Positions 36,436 to 47,152 are shown, counted from the stretch's first letter. The stretch: 64,000 nt of DNA from Myxococcales bacterium (GCA_047601445.1 JASGJH010000001.1:960001-1024000), one strand, 5' to 3'. Translations and numbers: made by a program. The notes: a model not told the origin generated them from the sequence alone.

Positions 36436-36987
36436 CTAAGGATCGCGCTCCACGAAGGTAGGTGAGAGCCCACCGGCGCGCCGAATTGCGTCGTACAGCA
36501 CGATGGAGACGGCGTTGCTGAGATTGAGGCTCCGCACGGCGCCCATGGTGGGGATACCCCACACCGAGGCAGGGTGCTGCTCCAGTAGCTCGTTCGGCAG
36601 CCCCACCGATTCGCGACCGAACACCAAGCAGTCGCCGGGGACGAGGGGGGCATCCAGGTAGCTGCGGGTGGCGTTGGCGCTGAAGAAGTGGAGCCTGCCA
36701 CCGGGGCGCGCTCCCTCGAAGGCCGCGAAGGTCTTGTGGACCCTCACATCGACCAGGTGCCAGTAGTCGAGGCCCGCCCGTCGAACGGCGCGCTCGTCGA
36801 GCGAGAAGCCAAGCGGCTCGACCAGGTGGAGGATGCTGCGGGTGGCGGCGCAGGTGCGGGCCACGCTGCCGGTGTTGGGCGGGATCTCGGGCTCGACCAG
36901 GCAGACCTGGAAAGGCTCGTCGACGCCTTTCGAACGAAGTTTGTCACCTTGGGGCACCGCCGTTCTTGGCACCTGTGCTTGACGCAT
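36436..36987 (-). CDS. trmL: tRNA (cytidine/uridine34-2'-O)-methyltransferase (start may be GTG ~36957)
   Basis: PEIPPNTG, RRAGLDYW, FGRESVGL, RSLNLSN. Confidence 0.92.
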   Translation of the reverse strand: MRQAQVPRTAVPQGDKLRSKGVDEPFQVCLVEPEIPPNTGSVARTCAATRSILHLVEPLGFSLDERAVRRAGLDYWHLVDVRVHKTFAAFEGARPGGRLHFFSANATRSYLDAPLVPGDCLVFGRESVGLPNELLEQHPASVWGIPTMGAVRSLNLSNAVSIVLYDAIRRAGGLSPTFVERDP

Positions 36988-37008
36988 TCAAGGGCGCTCC
37001 GATAGCCT
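36979..37008 (+). promoter_or_regulatory. sigma70-type promoter, probably leaderless
   Basis: TTGACG-N18-TAGCCT, 7 nt before GTG 37016. Confidence 0.5.
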
Positions 37009-37015
37009 TCGCCGC

Positions 37016-38044
37016 GTGTCCACAAGGTTTTTCTGGTTTGCTCTCGCTCTGCCGCTCCTGGGCCTCATCCCGCTTCGCAGCGCGCGAGCCGAGGACATGC
37101 AGCTCGCCCTTTCGCGATTGAGCCGAGGCGCCTGTCAGAACACGCTGAGCAATAGCAATCCCTTCGTGCTGCGTACCGGTGACGTCCAGACGCTGACCGA
37201 GGACAACGCTGCCTGGGCGCAGATCATGACTCAGCTCACGCCGGTGATTACGCCCGCTGTGCTGGCACCCGTGACCACCAGCGGTCCCAAGGGCTTCGAC
37301 GTGTCCTTCGAGACCAACGTCACCAAGATCAGCGACAACGCTTCCTACTGGGCGCGCGGCAGCCAGGGACACGGGCCCGAGTCGTACGAGACCTGCGACG
37401 GTCGCAACACGGACGTGAGCCCGCGCCTGACCTCGAATCGCCTGCACTTCACCAAGGCGCTGCCGCTCGGCTTTACGCTCGGTGCCACGGTAGGGCGCGT
37501 GTACAACACGGGGCTCTGGTTGGTCGGTGGCGACATCAAGCTGGCGCTCATCGAGGGCCTACGGCGCTGGCCCATGCCCGATGTGGCGGTGCGCGCGGCG
37601 GTAAACACCACGGTGGGCAGCGCGCAGTACACGCTCACCTCCGTGGCGGCCGACGTCATCCTCTCCAAGAACATCGTGACCGCCCGGGTGATGCAAATCT
37701 CGCCCTACGCAGGCGCGGGCATGGTGTTCTCGTTCGCGTCGAGCGAGCTGGTGGATCTGACGCCCAACGTCGACGCCGTGAAGTGCGCGGCGGGCACCGA
37801 TCCGGTGTGCAACAGCCAGGGGCTCGGGGCCTCGGCGGACGACATCGGACACGATCGCCCGTTCAAGGATCTCAAGCTCAAGCGCTACCGCGGCTTCGCG
37901 GGCCTGGCGATGCGCTACGAGCTGTTCACGCTGGCTGCCGAGTTCATCTTCGATCTGGTGCCGCCGCCCGACGCCGACAAGACCAATGGGAAGGGCACGC
38001 CACGTCAGTGGACGTTCAACGTGGCCCCGGGCCTCACGTTCTGA
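37016..38044 (+). CDS. exported protein, probable outer-membrane beta-barrel
   Basis: Signal peptide (ARA/E), alternating hydrophobic strands, C-terminal Phe (APGLTF). Confidence 0.72.
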   Translation: MSTRFFWFALALPLLGLIPLRSARAEDMQLALSRLSRGACQNTLSNSNPFVLRTGDVQTLTEDNAAWAQIMTQLTPVITPAVLAPVTTSGPKGFDVSFETNVTKISDNASYWARGSQGHGPESYETCDGRNTDVSPRLTSNRLHFTKALPLGFTLGATVGRVYNTGLWLVGGDIKLALIEGLRRWPMPDVAVRAAVNTTVGSAQYTLTSVAADVILSKNIVTARVMQISPYAGAGMVFSFASSELVDLTPNVDAVKCAAGTDPVCNSQGLGASADDIGHDRPFKDLKLKRYRGFAGLAMRYELFTLAAEFIFDLVPPPDADKTNGKGTPRQWTFNVAPGLTF

Positions 38045-38079
38045 GCCGCGCTCGCGGGCCCCTGTGGGGCCTTGCGAAC

Positions 38080-39192
38080 TCAACCCAGCAGCGACTCGAG
38101 CGGCACATAGGGCACGTCGGCCGTATGGGCGACGGGAGCGTAGGTGCATTTGCCATCCCAGGTGTTCACTCCCTTGGCGATGGCCGGGTTGCGCCGCACG
38201 GCTTCCTCCACCCCCAGACCACAGATGACTTCGGCCACGCGTGAGGTCACGTTCGTGAGGGCGAACGTGCTGGTGTAGGGCACGGCGCCGGGCATGTTGG
38301 GAACACAGTAGTGGACCACACCGTCGACGACGTAGGTTGGGTGGTCATGATCGGTAGGACGGCAGGTGGAGATGCAGCCGCCCTGATCGACGGCCACATC
38401 GACGACCACGGAGCCGTCTTCGATGTCAGCGAGCAGGCTCTCGTCGATGAGCGTGGGGGCCTTGGCGCCGGGGACCAAGACGGCGCCGATGATGAGATCG
38501 GCCTGCGTCACGGACTGCTCGATATTGGCAGGGTTGGAGTAGAGCGTCTCGATGGCGGCTCCGAACACGTCCTCGAGGTACGCCATGCGTTCGTGGCTGA
38601 CGTCGAGCACGGTGACCTGCGCGCCCATGCCGACGGCGATACGCGCGGCACTCGCACCGACGATCCCTCCCCCGAGGATGACTACGTGGCCGCGGCGGGT
38701 GCCGGGCACCCCGCCGAGCAGGAGTCCCTTGCCCCCGCGCTCGCGCTCCAGGTAGGTGGCCCCGACCTGCACGGCCATTCGGCCTGCCACTTCGCTCATG
38801 GGTTTGAGAAGGGGCAACGTGCCGTCGGGCCGCTGAATGGTCTCATAGGCCACCGAGCGTACGTCGGACTTGAGCAGGGCCTGAGTGAGCTGAGGCACGG
38901 CCGCCAAGTGCAGGTAGGTGAACAGCACGAGCCCGGGTCGGAAGAAGCCGTATTCATCCGGCAGTGGCTCCTTGACCTTCATCACCATTTGCGCGGCCCA
39001 GGCTTCCGCAGCGGTCTCGACCAGCTTCGCGCCCGAGCGCAAGAACTCCTCGTCCGAGATACCGGATCCCAAGCCCGCGCCGCGCTGGATCCGGACCTCG
39101 TGCCCGGCTCGAACCAACGCCTGCACACCGCCCGGGTTGATGCCCACGCGGTACTCGCGGGTTTTGATCTCGGTAGGAACGCCGACGATCAT
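38080..39192 (-). CDS. ald: alanine dehydrogenase
   Basis: [54 protein letters not shown]. Confidence 0.96.
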   Translation of the reverse strand: MIVGVPTEIKTREYRVGINPGGVQALVRAGHEVRIQRGAGLGSGISDEEFLRSGAKLVETAAEAWAAQMVMKVKEPLPDEYGFFRPGLVLFTYLHLAAVPQLTQALLKSDVRSVAYETIQRPDGTLPLLKPMSEVAGRMAVQVGATYLERERGGKGLLLGGVPGTRRGHVVILGGGIVGASAARIAVGMGAQVTVLDVSHERMAYLEDVFGAAIETLYSNPANIEQSVTQADLIIGAVLVPGAKAPTLIDESLLADIEDGSVVVDVAVDQGGCISTCRPTDHDHPTYVVDGVVHYCVPNMPGAVPYTSTFALTNVTSRVAEVICGLGVEEAVRRNPAIAKGVNTWDGKCTYAPVAHTADVPYVPLESLLG

Positions 39193-39311
39193 GGATTGTC
39201 CTCCTCCTCTTAGTCTCTCACGGCCTCGAACTGGCGCGCCAGCCGGTCTCGAAGACTCGCGCACGCGACGCCCGCCAAAATAGGTGCGCCCCGTGTGCTA
39301 CACCGCGCGCG

Positions 39312-40334
39312 GTGACCCTCGTCCCCAAGGACCGCACGCGAAACTACGTGCTCATCGTCGTCGCTGTGGTGGCGCTAGTGGGTGCGGCGATCGCGTTAGC
39401 CTGGTTCTGGAGCGCACGGGCTACGTCGCCGACCTTGTGTGAGGCACTGCGCGGGGCGCGCGTCGCGAAGGTGTGGCTCGCGCCTCAGGCTCGCTTGAGC
39501 TGCGAGGGCGTGGCCACCGCGGAGGTGGCGGGGCTCCCGCTTGGGGCTGCGCTCCAAGGTTCCCCTGAGATGCAGGTCGCGCAGCTCCTCGCCGCCGAGA
39601 AGGCCGCGGCCATCGGTCTGGTGCCGGGGCGCGGCGGGCGAGGGGTGCTCGGGAAGCTCGCTAGCTTCCAGCATGTACCTGGCCTGCGGGGCATCGTCCT
39701 GTCGCCCGAGTTGGCGGTCTACGCTCCCTTCCGGGAGCTCACCCTGAGCGCCCGCGAAGCGGACGCGGTGGCCTACGTGGCCCGGGCGCTGTTCCGCGGC
39801 GCGCGCGAGCCCAGCGTGTCGTCGTTCCCAGTGAGCCTGCGCAAGGTCGAGCGGGTCGAGGTCATCGTGACCTTGAGTGAGAACGGGCGACCTCTGCTCT
39901 GGCGCTCCACGCGGGGGACCTCCATCGCGCGCGCGCTGCTCACTGCGACCCGCGTGGCTCGCGATCGCTGGCACGAGAGCTCTCAGAGCAAGGGCGGGCC
40001 CCTCGAGAAGCGCTTGCCATCGCTCGATGTGGAGGTGGGCATCCTGTCGGAAGACGGCACGCTGGCGAGTCTGTCACCAAGCTTCATCGATCAGGTCATC
40101 ACGCCCGGACACGGCATCGGCTTCGACTACCGTAATGGCTGGCACTATCTGTCGCCGGCGGACGTGGCGGTACGCGGCAAGGGGAAGCCTTTTGCTGCGC
40201 TTCAGGCGTTGCTTGCAGACCAGGGACTTCCCCCTACCACGCTCAAGGATCCCAACCTGCGGGTCTACCGCTTCGTGCCGCTGATGCTGGGCGTCTCGAA
40301 GGCACCGCTCGGGGGCGCCACGGCTGGAGACTGA
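39312..40334 (+). CDS. membrane-anchored protein with AMMECR1-like C-terminal domain
   Basis: N-terminal TM; VIVTL...LDVEVGILS...GHGIG...YLSP pattern resembles AMMECR1; LRGCIG absent. Confidence 0.5.
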   Translation: MTLVPKDRTRNYVLIVVAVVALVGAAIALAWFWSARATSPTLCEALRGARVAKVWLAPQARLSCEGVATAEVAGLPLGAALQGSPEMQVAQLLAAEKAAAIGLVPGRGGRGVLGKLASFQHVPGLRGIVLSPELAVYAPFRELTLSAREADAVAYVARALFRGAREPSVSSFPVSLRKVERVEVIVTLSENGRPLLWRSTRGTSIARALLTATRVARDRWHESSQSKGGPLEKRLPSLDVEVGILSEDGTLASLSPSFIDQVITPGHGIGFDYRNGWHYLSPADVAVRGKGKPFAALQALLADQGLPPTTLKDPNLRVYRFVPLMLGVSKAPLGGATAGD

Positions 40335-42418
40335 TCCGGGGCTCGAGCGTCGCTGCCTTCGGCCTCCGCACCCGACGGGAGCGCCGCGGGCAGCCGGACG
40401 GTGAACGTGCTGCCGTGGTTCTCGCGCGTGCGCACCAAGATTTCGCCGCCCGCCGCGCGCACGATGCGGCGCGAGATGGCGAGGCCCAGGCCCGTGCCCT
40501 TTTGCCGCGTGGTCACGAAGGGCTGAAACAGGTTGGCCAGCACTTGCTGCGGCACGCCTGGGCCGGTGTCGGTGACCTGCACCTCGACCCACGAGCGCTG
40601 CGTGCCTTCGAAGTCGGGGCCCTCGGAAAGGCTGGTCTCCACGCGCAGGGTGCCGCCGTGTTCGATGGCCTGGAGCGCGTTTTGGATCAGGTTGATGAGC
40701 ACCTGGCGCAGACGTTCGGGGTCGATGTGCACCGCTGGCAGGGAGCGCGCGAGCACCAACGAGCGCATGAGATCGAACTTGCTCACGTCGGCGGCCAGCA
40801 CCTGGGCAGTGCGCTCCACCACGGCGTTCACCTGGCAAAGGGACGAGAGCTCGTCGTGCGTTGGGTTGGCGTAGTCCAGGAAGGAGGTCACCACGCGATT
40901 GAGGCGATCGGCCTCCTCAACGATGATGTCCAGGAACTCGCGGCCGCTCTCTTCGATTTGGGGCGCCTCGTTGAGATACTGGGCGCTCGCCTTGATGGCG
41001 CCGAGCGGATTGCGGATCTCGTGCGCTAGTCCCGCGGCCATCTCGCCCATGGCGGCCAGACGGTCGCGCTCCTTCATGCGCTGGTACAGACGGGAGTTCT
41101 CGATGGCCGTGACCATCTGGTTGGCGAGTCCCGCCAGCAGTTGCACCTCTTCAGGGGCGAAGGCGTCGCGCAAGCGCTCGTCGCGCACGCACAGAAAGCC
41201 ATAGACCTCGCGCTCGCCCACGATGCCCACGCAGACCGAGGCCTGCATGGCGTCCAGGGTCTGGACCACCTCGTGTTGGGTCTCGGCCTCGCGATCCTTG
41301 CCGGAGTCGCGCAGGTCCTTGGCGTCGCGCTCGAGGGCCTCGATGACGAGGGCAGGGTGCTCGCGCAGGGCGTCGAGCAGCGGGCGCGCGGCGGCGAGCT
41401 CGAGACGCAGGAGCGGCGTGGGGCCGAGGTGTCCCGCCAAACGGTAGCCCCGCATGTCCGTGTCCACCAGGTAGAGGGCCGCGTGCGTGACGCGCCGCGA
41501 GCGCTCGAGCTCGTCCATCACGAGCCCAGGCAGGTGCTCGATCTCGAGTACGTGGGCGAGGCGCCGCCGCAACGTGTGAATTTCCTGGTCCAGATCGAAG
41601 CGCTCGCGGAACAAAAACTGGGAGATTTTCTGCTCCACCTTGAGCCGCAGTGGGTCGTAGACCAGGAGCACCACCACCGCGGCCGCCACCGCGTGCATGA
41701 AGAACTCGCCACCCGAGAAGGAGCGCAGGAGCCAGAACGCCGCGGCGAGCGTGAAGGAGAGGGCGGTGAGCACGCCCAAGCGCCCCGCGAGCTCGTACAG
41801 GTCGAGCAGGCGATAGCGCAGGATGGACTGGGAGAGGATGTACAGGAACACCAGCGTGAGAGCCGTGCCCACGGGCGGGATATCGAGGCCCACCAGGGGC
41901 AGGTAGTCCGCCGCCGTGAAGGTCGCCGCGAGCGCCCCCATCAACACCAAGAACCGCAGGCGTGCTCGCTCGAAGCGCGACGGCGCGCGCGTGGCCCGTT
42001 GCCAGAGCATGAGCAAGGTCGCCCCGAGCACGCTGAAGAGGTAGGCGAAGATGGCCGCGGCCAGGATGACGTCGGGTTGTTCGCTGACGAAGACCGCGAT
42101 TACCAGCAAGAGGCCCATCGAGAGCACGCCGCGCCACAGGAACGTATTCGCGCCTTCCCCGCGATCCACGAACAGACGCAAGAAGCCAGCGGCCGTGACC
42201 GGCAGCAGAATCGCGCACGCGAGGTTCACGCGACGCCATGCGAGCTCACTGCCAAAGACGTTGGCCGCAGAGGTGCTCAGGTACCACGCCGCCACCGAGA
42301 AGCAGAAGGCGCCAAAGCCCCACTGCACGCGGCTTGGGCGGGGGCGCAAAAGCACCGTGATGCCGATCGCGATGGCGATCAGTCCGGCCAGCAACGAAGT
42401 CTGGACGCGCAGCTCCAC
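40265..42418 (-). CDS. multi-TM GAF sensor histidine kinase
   Basis: Multiple N-terminal TM helices, GAF, AHEIRNPL, NLIQNA, DTGPG, GTGLGL. Confidence 0.92.
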   Translation of the reverse strand: MELRVQTSLLAGLIAIAIGITVLLRPRPSRVQWGFGAFCFSVAAWYLSTSAANVFGSELAWRRVNLACAILLPVTAAGFLRLFVDRGEGANTFLWRGVLSMGLLLVIAVFVSEQPDVILAAAIFAYLFSVLGATLLMLWQRATRAPSRFERARLRFLVLMGALAATFTAADYLPLVGLDIPPVGTALTLVFLYILSQSILRYRLLDLYELAGRLGVLTALSFTLAAAFWLLRSFSGGEFFMHAVAAAVVVLLVYDPLRLKVEQKISQFLFRERFDLDQEIHTLRRRLAHVLEIEHLPGLVMDELERSRRVTHAALYLVDTDMRGYRLAGHLGPTPLLRLELAAARPLLDALREHPALVIEALERDAKDLRDSGKDREAETQHEVVQTLDAMQASVCVGIVGEREVYGFLCVRDERLRDAFAPEEVQLLAGLANQMVTAIENSRLYQRMKERDRLAAMGEMAAGLAHEIRNPLGAIKASAQYLNEAPQIEESGREFLDIIVEEADRLNRVVTSFLDYANPTHDELSSLCQVNAVVERTAQVLAADVSKFDLMRSLVLARSLPAVHIDPERLRQVLINLIQNALQAIEHGGTLRVETSLSEGPDFEGTQRSWVEVQVTDTGPGVPQQVLANLFQPFVTTRQKGTGLGLAISRRIVRAAGGEILVRTRENHGSTFTVRLPAALPSGAEAEGSDARAPDQSPAVAPPSGAFETPSISGTKR

Positions 42419-42486
42419 GGCGGGATTCTACCAGCGCGGGCCCGCGCATCGCGAAGGGCGCGTGGCCCGCAGCGCGCTCCGAGCCT

Positions 42487-43971
42487 TCAACGCCGGAAGT
42501 CCTCGATATCGAGGTTGTAGCGACGCAGCCAGCGATGGACCTGCATCCGCTCCTTGCCGAGTTCCCGGCCTACCGCAGCGATATTGCCTTGGTGACGCGT
42601 CAAGAGCTCGCGCAGCTCTTCCTCGCTGGGCGTCTCCCCGCGTGGCTTGGGCGGCGCTGCGGGCGCCGGTGCCGGTTTGCTCAGGCTCGGAGCCGACGAG
42701 GGGTCGCGATAGGTCTGGGCGGTGGCGGCCGTGGTGCTCGGGCCGAGGAGTCCCGCGTCCGCGGGCGTGCCGTGTCCGTCGAGCGCGCGGCGCACCGTCT
42801 CGGGCAGGTGCACCAGGTCGAGGGCCTGCCCTGCGCTCAGCGTGATGGCTACGCGAACCGCGCTCTCGAGCTCACGTACGTTGTAGGGCCAGTCGTAGTG
42901 CGCGATGGCCAGCATGAACGGGAAGCTTACCTCCGTGCCGGTCTTACTCAGGCGCGCCAAGAAGTGCAGCACGAGCAAGTAGAGGTCTTCGCGTCGCTCG
43001 CGCAGCGGAGGTAAGGTCACCGAGAGCTCGCGCAGGCGTGCCAGGAGGTCGCCGCGGAATTGTCCCTGGGCCACGCTAGCCTCGAGATCCCGGTGCGTCG
43101 CGCACACGACCCGCACGTCGACGCGCTCGGCCGTGGTCGCACCGAGCGGCAGGACTTCCTTCTCCTGCAGTACACGCAGCAGCTTGGCCTGGGCCTCGAG
43201 GGGCATGTCGCCGACTTCGTCCAGGAACAGCGTCCCGCCATGGGCGGCCCGCACGAGCCCGGGCTTGTCGGTGTTGGCTCCGCTGAAGGCGCCACGCCGG
43301 TAACCGAAGAGCTCACTCTCGATGAGGTTCGCGGGGAGGGCAGCGCAGTTGATGGCCTGAAAGGGACCCTTGCGGCTGCTCAGTCGATGAATCTCTCGTG
43401 CTACCAGCTCCTTGCCCGTGCCGCTCTCGCCGTGCACCACGACAGAGATGTTCGACTGGGCCACCTTGCCGATGCGGTCGATGATGGCGTCGATCTGATA
43501 GCCGCCCACCAACAGGGGACGCTCCACGCCATGGCTGAAGGGGCGTGCCTGCTGCACCACCGTGCCGTCGAGGCGATAGGCGCCATAGCCGTAGATGCCG
43601 TGCTCCACGAAGCGCAGCAGGGTGTCGCCGATACGCACCATGTCGTGCATGACCAGCGGCTGTTCCTTGACCCTGCGGCCGTTCACGAAGGTGCCGTTGG
43701 TCGACTGATTGTCTACTACCCAGACCCGTCGATCCGAACGTCGCTCGAAACGCGCGTGGTAGCGAGACACCGCGGCCTCCGGAATGGAGAGGGTGTTGTC
43801 GGACTCGCGACCCAGGGTCACCGTGGGCACGGCGAAGGGCACCGCCGAGGGCAAGTGCGCGTGAAGACGCGAGTACACCAGGGCCAGACCCGCGGTGGGA
43901 TCGGACACCGCATCGAAGCTCGGAATGCCTTCGACGGAGGTGGTCGTGCGCCCGCGGGTCGTGTTGTTCAT
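42487..43971 (-). CDS. FHA-domain sigma54 enhancer-binding protein
   Basis: FHA (LGR, SRYH, STNGT), GESGTGKE, GAFSGA, LDEVGD, WPYNVREL, HTH. Confidence 0.93.
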   Translation of the reverse strand: MNNTTRGRTTTSVEGIPSFDAVSDPTAGLALVYSRLHAHLPSAVPFAVPTVTLGRESDNTLSIPEAAVSRYHARFERRSDRRVWVVDNQSTNGTFVNGRRVKEQPLVMHDMVRIGDTLLRFVEHGIYGYGAYRLDGTVVQQARPFSHGVERPLLVGGYQIDAIIDRIGKVAQSNISVVVHGESGTGKELVAREIHRLSSRKGPFQAINCAALPANLIESELFGYRRGAFSGANTDKPGLVRAAHGGTLFLDEVGDMPLEAQAKLLRVLQEKEVLPLGATTAERVDVRVVCATHRDLEASVAQGQFRGDLLARLRELSVTLPPLRERREDLYLLVLHFLARLSKTGTEVSFPFMLAIAHYDWPYNVRELESAVRVAITLSAGQALDLVHLPETVRRALDGHGTPADAGLLGPSTTAATAQTYRDPSSAPSLSKPAPAPAAPPKPRGETPSEEELRELLTRHQGNIAAVGRELGKERMQVHRWLRRYNLDIEDFRR

Positions 43972-44070
43972 CGACGAACTCGGGTTGCCAAGGTGGGCCG
44001 AAGACTACCGCAGAACATCTCTATTGCCACGCTTCGGGGAGAGGGGTGGGGCAGGAGGTGTGGCTCCGGG

Positions 44071-45279
44071 TCAGCGACGTCTGCTCGCCGTGGCCGCCTG
44101 GAGCATCCGATGGCGCTCCAAAGTTCGCTTGAGACGGTCCACCAGGTCGGAGACTTCGAAGGGCTTGCGGACCCAGTCGTCGGGCTCGCCGCCGGGGACC
44201 AAGCGGGGAGCCTGGGCGGTGCCGGTGACCAGCATCGCGGCATGCACACTGCCGCGTCGGCGCAGTTGGGCCAGGAGCTCGTCGCCTCGGATGTCTCCCA
44301 GGGTCATGTCGATGAGAGCGACGTCGAAGGGGCCGGCATGGGTTCGGGCCTCCTCGGCGTTGCGGGCCGTGACGACCTTGGCCCCACGCAGGCTGAGGGC
44401 AGTGGCCATCATCTCGCGCAGCGCGTCGTCGTCGTCCACCACCAGCAGGGTCACGTCGAGGATCTGCGAGCCGCGCGGCGCTGCGTCCGAGCCGGAGGTA
44501 TCCCCTGGCGCGGGGCCTTCGAGCAGCGGGATCGCTCCCACGACCTCGCTGTTGCGCGCCGCGCGCGGCAGACGCACCCGGAAGGTTGCGCCCTGGCCGA
44601 CCCTGGAGCGCAGCAAGAGGTGCCCACCGAGCGCCTCCACCGCCTCGCGCACCAGGTGCAGCCCGATGCCGGTGCCGTTCTCCTTGGTGGTCACGTAAGG
44701 AGTGAAGATGCGGGCCTGGGCTACGTCGTCGAGACCCGGGCCTTGATCCGTAATTTCCAGCTCCATCCCCACGTCGTCGCCGCTCAGGGTGACGCTGACG
44801 GTGGTGTTGGGGGGACTCGCCTCGATGGCGTTCTTGACCAGGTTCCACAGCAAGCTGAACCAGTGTCCGCGCGCGCCCACCAGGTTCAGGCCGGGCTCGA
44901 TGGCCGTCACGAGATCGACGCGGGCTTGTCGGGCGGTGATGGACAGCAGCTGCACGAGCTCGGTGGTCAGCTGACTCACGTCGAGCACGCCGAGATCGTC
45001 GTCGGGGATGTCGCCGCGAGCCAGACGCAGCATGCGACGGGCCGCCTGCTCGGCGGTGCGCGCGCAGCTGGCGATCAAGGACAACGCCTGGAAGGGGTCG
45101 CTGCCCCCCGCGAGACCGAGGTCCGCCCAGCCGGCGATGGCAGCCACGGCGTTGGCAACCTCGTGGGCTACCGCCGCGGCGACATCGACGATGGGCGTGG
45201 TCTCGGAGAGCCGCTCCTGCGACTGCTCCTCCACGCCGCCTGGGGACGCTTCGCGCTCCATGCGGGAATCATGTTCCAT
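44071..45279 (-). CDS. cytoplasmic hybrid histidine kinase (HisKA-HATPase-REC)
   Basis: AHEVAN, NLVKNA, DQGPG, GTGIGL, VDDD...IDMTL...KP. Confidence 0.85.
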   Translation of the reverse strand: MEHDSRMEREASPGGVEEQSQERLSETTPIVDVAAAVAHEVANAVAAIAGWADLGLAGGSDPFQALSLIASCARTAEQAARRMLRLARGDIPDDDLGVLDVSQLTTELVQLLSITARQARVDLVTAIEPGLNLVGARGHWFSLLWNLVKNAIEASPPNTTVSVTLSGDDVGMELEITDQGPGLDDVAQARIFTPYVTTKENGTGIGLHLVREAVEALGGHLLLRSRVGQGATFRVRLPRAARNSEVVGAIPLLEGPAPGDTSGSDAAPRGSQILDVTLLVVDDDDALREMMATALSLRGAKVVTARNAEEARTHAGPFDVALIDMTLGDIRGDELLAQLRRRGSVHAAMLVTGTAQAPRLVPGGEPDDWVRKPFEVSDLVDRLKRTLERHRMLQAATASRRR

Positions 45280-45383
45280 GCGACTACACAATTACAATGA
45301 CGACGCAGCGGGTTCACGCGTGCTGGAGCCCGGCAAAACCGCGCGTGTGAGCAGTCATATCAGTCTGCTACAAGGACGCCCAC

Positions 45384-45689
45384 ATGTCCGCGCCTAAGAT
45401 CACACTCGACGAGGTTTATCGCGTTGCCCGGCTAGCCCGGCTCTCACCGAGCCCCGAGGAGGCCCAGGCCCTATGTCAGGACCTGAGTGCAATCCTCAAC
45501 TATGTCGCTCTCTTGGACGCCGTGGATACGAGCCAGGTGGAACCCACCGCCAACGCCGTGACGGAGGCCGCGGCGCTGCGCCCTGACCAACTCACGCCAA
45601 GCCTCGATCGCGAGCTCGCCCTCAGCCAGGCCCCGCGGGCCAATCAGGGCGGTTTTTCGGTGCCGAAGGTGCTGGAGGTGGAGTCGTGA
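45384..45689 (+). CDS. gatC: Asp/Glu-tRNA amidotransferase subunit C
   Basis: VARLARL, VDTSQVEP, LRPD, FSVPKV; precedes gatA. Confidence 0.92.
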   Translation: MSAPKITLDEVYRVARLARLSPSPEEAQALCQDLSAILNYVALLDAVDTSQVEPTANAVTEAAALRPDQLTPSLDRELALSQAPRANQGGFSVPKVLEVES

Positions 45690-47152
45690 GCGACCCGACC
45701 GTGCTGACGGCCAGCCAAATCGCCGACCAGGTCCGCGGGGGCGCCGCTTCCGCTGTGGAGATCGCAGGCGCCTTCCTCGAGCGAACCGAGCGCTTCAACC
45801 CCGACCTCAACGCGCTGTTGCACGTGGCGCGCGAGTCGGCGTTGGCCGCCGCCGCTCGAGTGGATCAAAAGCGCGCCCGCGGCGAGTCCCTGGGCCGCCT
45901 CGCGGGTGTGCCCGTGATCGTCAAGGACAACATCTGCGTGCGCGGGATGCCCAACACCTGCGCCTCGAAGATCTTGGCCGGCTACGTGCCGCCCTACGAC
46001 GCCCACGTCACCGAGCGCTTGCATGCCGAGGACGCGGTGGTGATCGGCAAGGCCAACATGGACGAGTTCGCGATGGGCTCGTCCAACGAGAACTCCGCCT
46101 TCGGGCCCGTGAAGAACCCCTGGGACGTGCTGCGCGCCCCCGGTGGATCGTCGGGCGGCAGCGCAGCGGCGGCGGCGGCGCGCCTGGCGCCGTTGACCTT
46201 GGGCAGCGACACGGGGGGCTCGGTGCGACAGCCCGCGGCCTTCTGTGGCGTCACGGCCATCAAGCCCACCTACGGGCGCGTGTCCCGCTTTGGCTTGGTG
46301 GCATTCGCCTCGTCGCTCGACCAGGTCGGGCCCATCACGCGCGACGTCCGGGACTGCGCGCGGCTGCTGTCCGTGATCGCGGGTCCCGACGGGCGTGACG
46401 CGACCTGCGTGGCACGGCCTCCCGAGGACTACGAGGTGCACTGCGGCAAGCCCGTGCGCGGCATGCGCATCGGCGTCCTGAAGGGCCTCGCGCAGCAGGG
46501 CAACGACGCATCGGTCAACGCCGCCTTCGAGGCATCCATCGCGCAGTATCAGGCACTCGGGGCCCAGGTGGTGGAAGTCGAACTCCCGCACCTGCAACGC
46601 GCCGTCGCGACTTACTATCTGGTGGCGACCGCGGAGGCATCCTCCAACCTCGCTCGCTTCGATGGCATGCGATACGGCCTGCGCGTCAACGGCAAGGATC
46701 TCACCGCCACCTACGGGGCCACGCGCACGGCAGGCTTCGGTGCCGAGGTGAAGCGCCGCATCATGCTGGGAACCTACGCGCTTTCTGCTGGCTACTACGA
46801 GGCCTTCTATCTCAAGGCACAGAAGCTGCGGACGTTGATCAGCCAGGACTATGCGCGCGCGTTCGAGCTCTGCGACGTGATCGCGACGCCCACCTCCCCG
46901 GTGCCGGCCTTCAAGCTGGGCGAGAAGGTCAACGACCCGCTGGCGATGTATCTGGCCGACATCTACACGTTGCCGCCGAGCCTGGCGGGGATCCCTGCGC
47001 TTGCCACACCTGCGGGGTTCACCAGTGAGGGACTCCCGCTCGGCTTGCAGCTGGCCGCCCCGGTGTTCGAGGAGGGGCGCTTGATCGCGCTCGCGCACGC
47101 GCTCGAAGAGGCCAGCGGATTCGTGAAGAAAAGCCCGCCCGCATTCGCCTGA
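45686..47152 (+). CDS. gatA: Asp/Glu-tRNA amidotransferase subunit A
   Basis: KDN, GGSSGGS, GSDTGGSVRQPA, EASSNLARFDG. Confidence 0.96.
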   Translation: MSDPTVLTASQIADQVRGGAASAVEIAGAFLERTERFNPDLNALLHVARESALAAAARVDQKRARGESLGRLAGVPVIVKDNICVRGMPNTCASKILAGYVPPYDAHVTERLHAEDAVVIGKANMDEFAMGSSNENSAFGPVKNPWDVLRAPGGSSGGSAAAAAARLAPLTLGSDTGGSVRQPAAFCGVTAIKPTYGRVSRFGLVAFASSLDQVGPITRDVRDCARLLSVIAGPDGRDATCVARPPEDYEVHCGKPVRGMRIGVLKGLAQQGNDASVNAAFEASIAQYQALGAQVVEVELPHLQRAVATYYLVATAEASSNLARFDGMRYGLRVNGKDLTATYGATRTAGFGAEVKRRIMLGTYALSAGYYEAFYLKAQKLRTLISQDYARAFELCDVIATPTSPVPAFKLGEKVNDPLAMYLADIYTLPPSLAGIPALATPAGFTSEGLPLGLQLAAPVFEEGRLIALAHALEEASGFVKKSPPAFA

